Below are positions 1 to 12,256 of a stretch of 64,000 bases of DNA, in pieces. The position numbers and the translations under genes were made by a program. The notes below the pieces were generated by a model. That model saw only the letters and a program-made list of their open reading frames with translations. It had not been told where the DNA came from and did not search any database. Numbering within the stretch: the stretch's first letter is position 1; each line of letters opens with the position of its first letter. Source of the stretch: Eledone cirrhosa (Eukaryota); the NCBI GenBank assembly GCA_964016885.1, contig OZ024744.1, positions 133,176,001 to 133,240,000 of the forward strand, written 5' to 3'.

Positions 1-2099
1 ACTTAACTCAGCCCCAACTTAACTTAGCCACAACTTAACTTAACACCAACTTAACTTAACCCCAACTTAACTTAACCCCAACTTAACTTAACCCCAACTT
101 AACTTATCCCCAACTTAACTGAACCCCAACTTAACTTAACCCCAACTCAATATAACCCCAACTTAACTTAACCCCAACTTAACTCAAGCCCAACTTAAAT
201 TAACCCCAACTTAACTTATCCCCAACTTAACTTAACCCCAACTTAATTAACCCCAACTTAAATTAACCCCAACTTAACTTAACACCAACTTAACGTAACC
301 CCAACTTAAATAAACCCCAACTTAAATGAACCCCAACTTAACTTAACCCCAACTTAACTTAACCCCAACTTAACTCAGCCCCAACTTAACTTAGCCCCAA
401 CTTAACTTAACCCCAACTTAACTTAACCCCAACTTAACTTAACCCCAACTTAACTTAAACCTAACTTAACTTAACCCCAACTTAACCCCAACTTAACTTA
501 ACTGCAACTTAACTTAACCCCAACTTAACTTAACCCCAACTTAACTTAACTGCAACTTAACTTAACCCCAACTTAACTTAACCCCAACTTAACTCAAGAC
601 CAACTTAACTCAACCCCAACTTAACTCAACGCCAATTTAACTCAACCCCAACTTAACTCAACCCCAACTTAACTTAACCCCGACTTAAATTAACCCCGAC
701 TTAACTTAACCCCAACTTAACTCAACCCCAACTTAACTTAACCCCAACTTAACTTAACCCCAACTTAACTTAACCCCAACTTAAATTAACCCCAACTTAA
801 CTTAAACTCAACTTAACTAACCAACTTAACTTAACCCCAACTTAACTTGACCCCAACTTAACTTAACCCCAACTTAACTTAAACCCAACTTAACTTAACC
901 CCAACTTAACTTAACCCCAACTTAACCCCAAATTAAATTAACCTCAACTTAACTTAACCCCAACTTAACTTAGCCCCAACTTAACTTAGCCCCAACTTAA
1001 CTTAGCCCCAACTTAACTTAACCCCAACTTAACTTAACCGCACCTTAACTTAACCTCAACTTAACTTAACTGCAACTTAACTTAACCCCAACTTAACTTA
1101 ACCCCAACTTAACTCAAAACCAACTTAACTCAACCCCAACTTAACTCAACCCCAATTTAACTCAACCCCAACTTAACTCAACCCCAACTTAACTTAACCC
1201 CAACTTAACTGAACCCTAACTTAACTTAACCCCGACTTAACTTAACCCCGACTTAACTTAACCCCAACTTAACTTAACCCCAACTTAACTTAACCCCAAC
1301 TTAACTTAACCCCAACTTAATTTAACCCCATCTTAACCCCAACTTATCTTAACCCCAACTTTACTGAACCCCAACTTAATTTAACCCCAACTTAAATAAA
1401 CCCCAACTTAACTTAACCCCAACTTAACTTAACCCCAACTTAACTTAACCCCAACTTAACTCAGCCCCAACTTAACTTAGCCCCAACTTAACTTAACCCC
1501 AACTTAACTTAACCCCAACTTAACTTAACCCCAACTTAACTTAACACCAACTTAACGTAACCCCAACTTAATTTAACCCCAACTTAAATTAACCTCAACT
1601 TAACTTAACCCCAACTTAACTTAACCCCATCTTAACTTAACCCCAACTTAACTTAACCCCAACTTAACTTAACCCCAACTTAAATTAACCCCAACTTAAC
1701 TTAACCCCAACTTAACTTAACCCCGACTTAACTTAACCCCAACTTAACTTAATCCCAACTTAACTTAACCCCAACTTAACTTAACCACAAATTAACTTAA
1801 CCCCAACTTAACTTAACCCCAACTTAACTTAACCCCAACTTAACTTAACCCCAACTTAACTGAACCCCAACTTAACTTAAACCTAACTTAACTTAACCCC
1901 AACTTAACCCCAACTTAACTTGACCCCAACTTAACTTAACCCCAACTTAACTCAACCCCAACTTAACTTAACCCCAACTTAACTCAGCCCCAACTTAACT
2001 CAGCCCCAACTTAACTTAGCCACAACTTAACTTAACACCAACTTAACTTAACCCCAACTTAACTTAACCCCAACTTAACTTAACCCCAACTTAACTTAT

Positions 2100-5000
2100 C
2101 CCCAACTTAACTGAACCCCAACTTAACTTAACCCCAACTCAATATAACCCCAACTTAACTTAACCCCAACTTAACTCAACCCCAACTTAAATTAACCCTA
2201 ACTTAACTTATCCCCAACTTAACTTAACCCCAACTTAATTAACCCCAACTTAAATTAACCCCAACTTAACTTAACACCAACTTAACGTAACCCCAACTTA
2301 AATAAACCCCAACTTAAATGAACCCCAACTTAACTTAACCCCAACTTAACTTAACCCCAACTTAACTCAGCCCCAACTTAACTTAGCCCCAACTTAACTT
2401 AACCCCAACTTAACTTAACCCCAACTTAACTTAACCCCAACTTAACTTAAACCTAACTTAACTTAACCCCAACTTAACCCCAACTTAACTTGACCCCAAC
2501 TTAACTTAACCTCAACTTAACTTAACCCCAACTTAACTTAACCCCATCTTAACTTAACCCCAACTTAACTTAACCCCAACTTAACTTAACCCCAACTTAA
2601 ATTAACCCCAACTTAACTTAACCCCAACTTAACTTAACCCCGACTTAACTTAACCCCAACTTAACTTAACCCCAACTTAACTTAACCACAAATTAACTTA
2701 ACCCCAACTTAACTTAACCCCAACTTAACTTAACCCCAACTTAACTTAACCCCAACTTAACTTAACCCCAACTTAACTTAAACCTAACCTAACTTAACCC
2801 CAACTTAACCCCAACTTAACTTGACCCCAACTTAACTTAACCCCAACTTAACTCAACCCCAACTTAACTTAACCCCAACTTAACTCAGCCCCAACTTAAC
2901 TCAGCCCCAACTTAACTTAGCCCCAACTTAACTTAACAACAACTTAACTTAACCCCAACTTAACTTATCCCCAACTTAACTGAACCCCAACTTAACTTAA
3001 CCCCAACTTAATATAACCCCAACTTAACTTAACCCCAACTTAACTCAACCCCAACTTAAATTAACCCCAACTTAACTTATCCCCAACTTAACTTAACCCC
3101 AACTTAATTAACCCCAACTTAAATTAACCCCAACTTAACTTAACACCAACTTAACGTAACCCCAACTTAACTTAACCCCAACTTAACTTAAACCTAACTT
3201 AACTTAACCCCAACTTAACCCCAACTTAACTTGACCCCAACTTAACTTAACCCCAACTTAACTCAACCCCAACTTAACTTAACCCCAACTTAACTCAGCC
3301 CCAACTTAACTCAGCCCCAACTTAACTTAGCCCCAACTTAACTTAACAACAACTTAACTTAACCCCAACTTAACTTATCCCCAACTTAACTGAACCCCAA
3401 CTTAACTGAACCCCAACTTAAATTAACCCCAACTTAACTTAACCCCAACTTAACTTAACCCCAACTTAACTCAACACCAACTTAACTCAACCCCAACTTA
3501 ACTCAACCCCAATTTAACTCAACCCCAACTTAACTCAACCCCAACTTAACTTAACCCCAACTTAACTGAACCCTAACTTAACTTAACCCCGACTTAACTT
3601 AACCCCGACTTAACTTAACCCCAACTTAACTTAACCCCAACTTAACTTAACCCCAACTTAACTTAACCCCAACTTAATTTAACCCCATCTTAACCCCAAC
3701 TTAACTTAACCCCAACTTAACTGAACCCCAACTTAACTTAACCCCAACTTAAATAAACCCCAACTTAACTTAACCCCAACTTAACTTAACCCCAACTTAA
3801 CTTAACCCCAACTTAACTCAGCCCCAACTTAACTTAGCCCCAACTTAACTTAACCCCAACTTAACTTAACCCCAACTTAACTTAACCCCAACTTAACTTA
3901 ACCCCAACTTAACTTAACCCCAACTTAACTTAAACCCAACTTAACTTAACCCCAACTTAAATTATCCCCAACTTAACTTATCCCCAACTTAACTTAACCC
4001 CAACTTAACTTAACCCCAACTTAACTTAACCCCAACTTAATTTAACCCCAACTTAACTTAACCTCAACTTAACTTAACCCCAACTTAACTTAACCCCATC
4101 TTAACTTAACCCCAACTTAACTTAACCCCAACTTAACTTAACCCCAACTTAAATTAACCCCAACTTAACTTAACCCCAACTTAACTTAACCCCGACTTAA
4201 CTTAACCCCAACTTAACTTAACCCCAACTTAACTTAACCCCAACTTAACCCCAACTTAACTTGACCCCAACTTAACTTAACCCCAACTTAACTCAACCCC
4301 AACTTAACTTAACCCCAACTTAACTCAGCCCCAACTTAACTCAGCCCCAACTTAACTTAGCCCCAACTTAACTTAACACCAACTTAACTGAACCCCAACT
4401 TAACTTAACCCCAACTCAATATAACCCCAACTTAACTTAACCCCAACTTAACTCAACCCCAACTTAAATTAACCCTAACTTAACTTATCCCCAACTTAAC
4501 TTAACCCCAACTTAATTAACCCCAACTTAAATTAACCCCAACTTAACTTAACACCAACTTAACGTAACCCCAACTTAAATAAACCCCAACTTAAATGAAC
4601 CCCAACTTAACTTAACCCCAACTTAACTTAACCCCAACTTAACTCAGCCCCAACTTAACTTAGCCCCAACTTAACTTAACCCCAACTTAACTTAACCCCA
4701 ACTTAACTTAACCCCAACTTAACTTAAACCTAACTTAACTTAACCCCAACTTAACCCCAACTTAACTTGACCCCAACTTAACTTAACCTCAACTTAACTT
4801 AACCCCAACTTAACTTAACCCCATCTTAACTTAACCCCAACTTAACTTAACCCCAACTTAACTTAACCCCAACTTAAATTAACCCCAACTTAACTTAACC
4901 CCAACTTAACTTAACCCCGACTTAACTTAACCCCAACTTAACTTAACCCCAACTTAACTTAACCCCAACTTAACTTAACCACAAATTAATTTAACCCCAA

Positions 5001-6675
5001 CTTAACTTAACCCCAACTTAACTTAACCCCAACTTAACTTAACCCCAACTTAACTTAACCCCAACTTAACTTAAACCTAACCTAACTTAACCCCAACTTA
5101 ACCCCAACTTAACTTGACCCCAACTTAACTTAACCCCAACTTAACTCAACCCCAACTTAACTTAACCCCAACTTAACTCAGCCCCAACTTAACTCAGCCC
5201 CAACTTAACTTAGCCCCAACTTAACTTAACAACAACTTAACTTAACCCCAACTTAACTTATCCCCAACTTAACTGAACCCAACTTAACTTAACCCCAACT
5301 TAATATAACCCCAACTTAACTTAACCCCAACTTAACTCAACCCCAACTTAAATTAACCCCAACTTAACTTATCCCCAACTTAACTTAACCCCAACTTAAT
5401 TAACCCCAACTTAAATTAACCCCAACTTAACTTAACACCAACTTAACGTAACCCCAACTTAACTTAACCCCAACTTAACTTAAACCTAACTTAACTTAAC
5501 CCCAACTTAACCCCAACTTAACTTGACCCCAACTTAACTTAACCCCAACTTAACTCAACCCCAACTTAACTTAACCCCAACTTAACTCAGCCCCAACTTA
5601 ACTCAGCCCCAACTTAACTTAGCCCCAACTTAACTTAACAACAACTTAACTTAACCCCAACTTAACTTATCCCCAACTTAACTGAACCCCAACTTAACTG
5701 AACCCCAACTTAAATTAACCCCAACTTAACTTAACCCCAACTTAACTTAACCCCAACTTAACTCAACACCAACTTAACTCAACCCCAACTTAACTCAACC
5801 CCAATTTAACTCAACCCCAACTTAACTCAACCCCAACTTAACTTAACCCCAACTTAACTGAACCCTAACTTAACTTAACCCCGACTTAACTTAACCCCGA
5901 CTTAACTTAACCCCAACTTAACTTAACCCCAACTTAACTTAACCCCAACTTAACTTAACCCCAACTTAATTTAACCCCATCTTAACCCCAACTTAACTTA
6001 ACCCCAACTTAACTGAACCCCAACTTAACTTAACCCCAACTTAAATAAACCCCAACTTAACTTAACCCCAACTTAACTTAACCCCAACTTAACTTAACCC
6101 CAACTTAACTCAGCCCCAACTTAACTTAGCCCCAACTTAACTTAACCCCAACTTAACTTAACCCCAACTTAACTTAACCCCAACTTAACTTAACCCCAAC
6201 TTAACTTAACCCCAACTTAACTTAAACCCAACTTAACTTAACCCCAACTTAAATTATCCCCAACTTAACTTATCCCCAACTTAACTTAACCCCAACTTAA
6301 CTTAACCCCAACTTAACTTAACCCCAACTTAATTTAACCCCAACTTAACTTAACCTCAACTTAACTTAACCCCAACTTAACTTAACCCCATCTTAACTTA
6401 ACCCCAACTTAACTTAACCCCAACTTAACTTAACCCCAACTTAAATTAACCCCAACTTAACTTAACCCCAACTTAACTTAACCCCGACTTAACTTAACCC
6501 CAACTTAACTTAACCCCAACTTAACTTAACCCCAACTTAACCCCAACTTAACTTGACCCCAACTTAACTTAACCCCAACTTAACTCAACCCCAACTTAAC
6601 TTAACCCCAACTTAACTCAGCCCCAACTTAACTCAGCCCCAACTTAACTTAGCCCCAACTTAACTTAACACCAAC
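2100..6675 (+). repeat. Tandem higher-order duplication, unit about 2.29 kb (about 2100-4385 and 4385-6675)
   Basis: Rare markers recur in the same order: CTCAATATA, CCCTAAC..ATCCCC, AAATGAAC, AACCTAACCT (2781 vs 5074), AACAAC twice. Offsets are 2277-2293. Confidence 0.85.
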
Positions 6676-7946
6676 TTAACTTAACCCCACCTTAACTTAA
6701 CCCCAACTTAACTTAACCCCAACTTAACTTATCCCCAACTTAACTGAACCACAACTTAACTTAACCCCAACTTAATATAACCCCAACTTAACTTAACCCC
6801 AACTTAACTCAACCCCAACTTAAATTAACCCCAACTTAACTTAACCCCAACTTAACTTAACCCCAACTTAATTAACCCCAACTTAAATTAACCCCAACTT
6901 AACTTAACACCAACTTAATATAACCCCAACTTAACTTAACCCCAACTTAACTCAACCCCAACTTAACTTAACCCCACCTTAACTTAACCCCAACTTAACT
7001 TAACCCCAACTTAACTTATCCCCAACTTAACTGAACCCCAACTTAACTTAACCCCAACTTAATATAACCCCAACTTAACTTAACCCCAACTTAACTCAAC
7101 CCCAACTTAAATTAACCCCAACTTAACTTAACCCCAACTTAACTTAACCCCAACTTAATTAACCCCAACTTAAATTAACCCCAACTTAACTTAACACCAA
7201 CTTAACGTAACCCCAACTTAATTTAACCCCAACTTAAATTAACCCCAACTTAATATAACCCCAACTTAACTTAACCCCAACTTAACTCAACCCCAACTTA
7301 AATTAACCCCAACTTAACTTAACCCCAACTTAACTTAACCCCAACTTAATTAACCCCAACTTAAATTAACCCCAACTTAACTTAACACCAACTTAACGTA
7401 ACCCCAACTTAATTTAACCCCAACTTAAATTAACCCCAACTTAACTTGCCCCCAACTTAACTTACCCCCAACGTAACTTAACCCCAACTTAATTTAACCC
7501 CAACTTAATTTAACCCCAACTTAACTCAACCCCAACTTAACTTAACCCCAACTTAACTTAACCCCAACTTAACTTAACCACAAATTAACTTAGCCCCAAC
7601 TTAAATTAACCCCAACTTAACTCAACCACAACTTAACTTAACCCCGACCTAACTTAACCCCAACTTAACTTAACCCCAACTTAACTTAACCCCAACTTCA
7701 CTCAACCCCAACTTAACTCAACCCCAACTTAACCCCAACTTAACTTAACCCCAACTTAAATTAACCACAAAGTTAACTTAACCCCAATTTAAATTAACCC
7801 CAACTTAACTTAACCCCAACTTAACCGCAACTTAACTTAACCCCAACTTAACTTACCCCCAACTTAACTTACCCCCAACTTAACTGAACCCCAACTTAAG
7901 TTAAGCCTAACTTAACTTAACGCCAACTTAACTTAACCCCGACTTA

Positions 7947-8119
7947 GGGCTTAAGTTAAGTTGGGGCTAAGTTAAGTTGGGGTTAAGTCAAGTTGGAAGT
8001 TGTGGTTGAGTGAAGTTGGGGTTAAGTTAAGTTGGGGTTGAGTGAAGTTGGGGTTAAGTTAAGTTGGGGTTGAGTTACGTTGGGGTTGAGTGAAGTTGGG
8101 GTTAAGTTAAGTTGGGGTT
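7947..8119 (-). repeat. Inverted satellite island copy 1 (173 bp, about 11 reverse-complement monomers)
   Basis: Strand switch at CCCCGACTTA|GGGCTTAAGTTAAGTTGGGG. Internal signature GTCAAGTTGGAAGTTGTGGTTGAGTGAAG. Returns to forward orientation at GGGGTT|AACCCC (8119/8120). Confidence 0.97.
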
Positions 8120-8146
8120 AACCCCAACTTAACTTAACCCCAACTT
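8093..8146. other. Spacer-less perfect palindrome of 54 bp (27-bp arms) at the right junction of island 1; equivalent dyads centred at 17669/70, 21439/40, 28670/71, 40404/05, 49073/74, 53254/55 and 58883/84
   Basis: AAGTTGGGGTTAAGTTAAGTTGGGGTT|AACCCCAACTTAACTTAACCCCAACTT. Pairing continues with mismatches beyond this. The perfect arm is shorter in copies 3, 4 and 5 because of point variants. Confidence 0.92.
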
Positions 8147-11100
8147 AACTTAACCCCAACTTAACTTAACCCCAACTTAACTCAGCCCCAACTTAACTTA
8201 GCCCCAACTTAACTTAACCCCAACTTAACTTAACCCCAACTTAACTTAACCCCAACTTAACTTAACACCAACTTAACGTAACCCCAACTTAATTTAACCC
8301 CAACTTAAATTAACCTCAACTTAACTTAACCCCAACTTAACTTAACCCCATCTTAACTTAACCCCAACTTAACTTAACCCCAACTTAACTTAACCCCAAC
8401 TTAAATTAACCCCAACTTAACTTAACCCCAACTTAACTTAACCCCGACTTAACTTAACCCCAACTTAACTTAATCCCAACTTAACTTAACCCCAACTTAA
8501 CTTAACCACAAATTAACTTAACCCCAACTTAACTTAACCCCAACTTAACTTAACCCCAACTTAACTTAACCCCAACTTAACTTAACCCCAACTTAACTTA
8601 AACCTAACTTAACTTAACCCCAACTTAACCCCAACTTAACTTGACCCCAACTTAACTTAACCCCAACTTAACTCAACCCCAACTTAACTTAACCCCAACT
8701 TAACTCAGCCCCAACTTAACTCAGCCCCAACTTAACTTAGCCACAACTTAACTTAACACCAACTTAACTTAACCCCAACTTAACTTAACCCCAACTTAAC
8801 TTAACCCCAACTTAACTTATCCCCAACTTAACTGAACCCCAACTTAACTTAACCCCAACTCAATATAACCCCAACTTAACTTAACCCCAACTTAACTCAA
8901 CCCCAACTTAAATTAACCCCAACTTAACTTATCCCCAACTTAACTTAACCCCAACTTAATTAACCCCAACTTAAATTAACCCCAACTTAACTTAACACCA
9001 ACTTAACGTAACCCCAACTTAAATAAACCCCAACTTAAATGAACCCCAACTTAACTTAACCCCAACTTAACTTAACCCCAACTTAACTCAGCCCCAACTT
9101 AACTTAGCCCCAACTTAACTTAACCCCAACTTAACTTAACCCCAACTTAACTTAACCCCAACTTAACTTAAACCTAACTTAACTTAACCCCAACTTAACC
9201 CCAACTTAACTTAACTGCAACTTAACTTAACCCCAACTTAACTTAACCCCAACTTAACTTAACTGCAACTTAACTTAACCCCAACTTAACTTAACCCCAA
9301 CTTAACTCAACACCAACTTAACTCAACCCCAACTTAACTCAACGCCAATTTAACTCAACCCCAACTTAACTCAACCCCAACTTAACTTAACCCCGACTTA
9401 AATTAACCCCGACTTAACTTAACCCCAACTTAACTCAACCCCAACTTAACTTAACCCCAACTTAACTTAACCCCAACTTAACTTAACCCCAACTTAAATT
9501 AACCCCAACTTAACTTAAACTCAACTTAACTAACCAACTTAACTTAACCCCAACTTAACTTGACCCCAACTTAACTTAACCCCAACTTAACTTAAACCCA
9601 ACTTAACTTAACCCCAACTTAACTTAACCCCAACTTAACCCCAACTTAAATTAACCTCAACTTAACTTAACCCCAACTTAACTTAGCCCCAACTTAACTT
9701 AGCCCCAACTTAACTTAGCCCCAACTTAACTTAACCCCAACTTAACTTAATCGCACCTTAACTTAACCTCAACTTAACTTAACTGCAACTTAACTTAACC
9801 CCAACTTAACTTAACCCCAACTTAACTTAACCCCGACTTAACTTAACCCCAACTTAACTTAACCGCAACTTAACTTAACCCCAACTTAACTTAACCACAA
9901 ATTAACTTAACCCCAACTTAACTTAACCCCAACTTAACTTAACCCCAACTTAACTTAACCCCAACTTAACTTAAACCTAACTTAACTTAACCCCAACTTA
10001 ACCCCAACTTAACTTGACCCCAACTTAACTTAACCCCAACTTAACTCAACCCCAACTTAACTTAACCCCAACTTAACTCAGCCCCAACTTAACTCAGCCC
10101 CAACTTAACTTAGCCCCAACTTAACTTAACACCAACTTAACTTAACCCCAACTTAACTTAACCCCAACTTAACTTAACCCCAACTTAACTTATCCCCAAC
10201 TTAACTGAACCCCAACTTAACTCAACCCCAACTTAAATTAACCCCAACTTAACTTAACCCCAACTTAACTTAACCCCAACTTAATTAACCCCAACTTAAA
10301 TTAACCCCAACTTAACTTAACACCAACTTAACGTAACCCCAACTTAATTTAACCCCAACTTAAATTAACCCCAACTTAACTTGCCCCCAACTTAACTTAC
10401 CCCCAACTTAACTTAACCCCAACTTAATTTAACCCCAACTTAATTTAACCCCAACTTAACTTAAACCCAACTTAACTTAACCCCAACTTAACTTAACCCC
10501 AAATTAACTCAACCCCAACTTAACTCAACCCCAACTTAACTTAACCCCAACTTAACTTAACCACAAATTAACTTAGCCCCAACTTAAATTAACCCCAACT
10601 TAACTCAACCATAACTTAACTTAACCCCGACTTAACTTAACCCCACCTTAACTTAACCTCAACTTAACTTAACTGCAACTTAACTTAACCCCAACTTAAA
10701 TTAACCCCAACTTAACCCAACACCAACTTAACTCAACCCCAACTTAACTCAACGCCAATTTAACTCAACCCCAACTTAACTCAACCCCAACTTAACTTAA
10801 CCCCGACTTAAATTAACCCCGACTTAACTTAACCCCAACTTAACTCAACCCCAACTTAACTTAACCCCAACTTAAATTAACCCCAACTTAACTTAAACTC
10901 AACTTAACTAACCAACTTAACTTAACCCCAACTTAACTTGACCCCAACTTAACTTAACCCCAACTTAACTTAACCCCAACTTAACTTAACCCCAACTTAA
11001 CTTAACCCCAACTTAACTTAACCCCAACTTAAATTAACCCCAACTTAACTTAAACTCAACTTAACTAACCAACTTAACTTAACCCCAACTTAACTTGACC

Positions 11101-12256
11101 CCAACTTAACTTAACCCCAACTTAACTTAAACCCAACTTAACTTAACCCCAACTTAACTTAACCCCAACTTAACTTAACCCCAACTTAACCCCAAATTAA
11201 ATTAACCTCAACTTAACTTAACCCCAACTTAACTTAGCCCCAACTTAACTTAGCCCCAACTTAACTTAGCCCCAACTTAACTTAACCCCAACTTAACTTA
11301 ACCGCACCTTAACTTAACCTCAACTTAACTTAACTGCAACTTAACTTAACCCCAACTTAACTTAACCCCAACTTAACTCAAAACCAACTTAACTCAACCC
11401 CAACTTAACTCAACCCCAATTTAACTCAACCCCAACTTAACTCAACCCCAACTTAACTTAACCCCAACTTAACTGAACCCTAACTTAACTTAACCCCGAC
11501 TTAACTTAACCCCGACTTAACTTAACCCCAACTTAACTTAACCCCAACTTAACTTAACCCCAACTTAACTTAACCCCAACTTAATTTAACCCCATCTTAA
11601 CCCCAACTTATCTTAACCCCAACTTAACTGAACCCCAACTTAATTTAACCCCAACTTAAATAAACCCCAACTTAACTTAACCCCAACTTTACTTAACCCC
11701 AACTTAACTTAACCCCAACTTAACTCAGCCCCAACTTAACTTAGCCCCAACTTAACTTAACCCCAACTTAACTTAACCCCAACTTAACTTAACCCCAACT
11801 TAACTTAACACCAACTTAACGTAACCCCAACTTAATTTAACCCCAACTTAAATTAACCTCAACTTAACTTAACCCCAACTTAACTTAACCCCATCTTAAC
11901 TTAACCCCAACTTAACTTAACCCCAACTTAACTTAACCCCAACTTAAATTAACCCCAACTTAACTTAACCCCAACTTAACTTAACCCCGACTTAACTTAA
12001 CCCCAACTTAACTTAATCCCAACTTAACTTAACCCCAACTTAACTTAACCACAAATTAACTTAACCCCAACTTAACTTAACCCCAACTTAACTTAACCCC
12101 AACTTAACTTAACCCCAACTTAACTTAACCCCAACTTAACTTAAACCTAACTTAACTTAACCCCAACTTAACCCCAACTTAACTTGACCCCAACTTAACT
12201 TAACCCCAACTTAACTCAACCCCAACTTAACTTAACCCCAACTTAACTCAGCCCCA

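Noticed and set aside
7944-7949. TTAGGG (and nearby GCCTAA, scattered CCCTAA) as true canonical telomere tracts
   Set aside because: These are single isolated hexamers, one substitution or one junction away from the satellite consensus. There is no tandem run.
7947-8119. Island as a MITE or piggyBac-type insertion at TTAA
   Set aside because: It consists only of reverse-complement satellite monomers, has no terminal inverted repeats of its own, and shares flanks across copies. It spread by block duplication, not by independent insertion.
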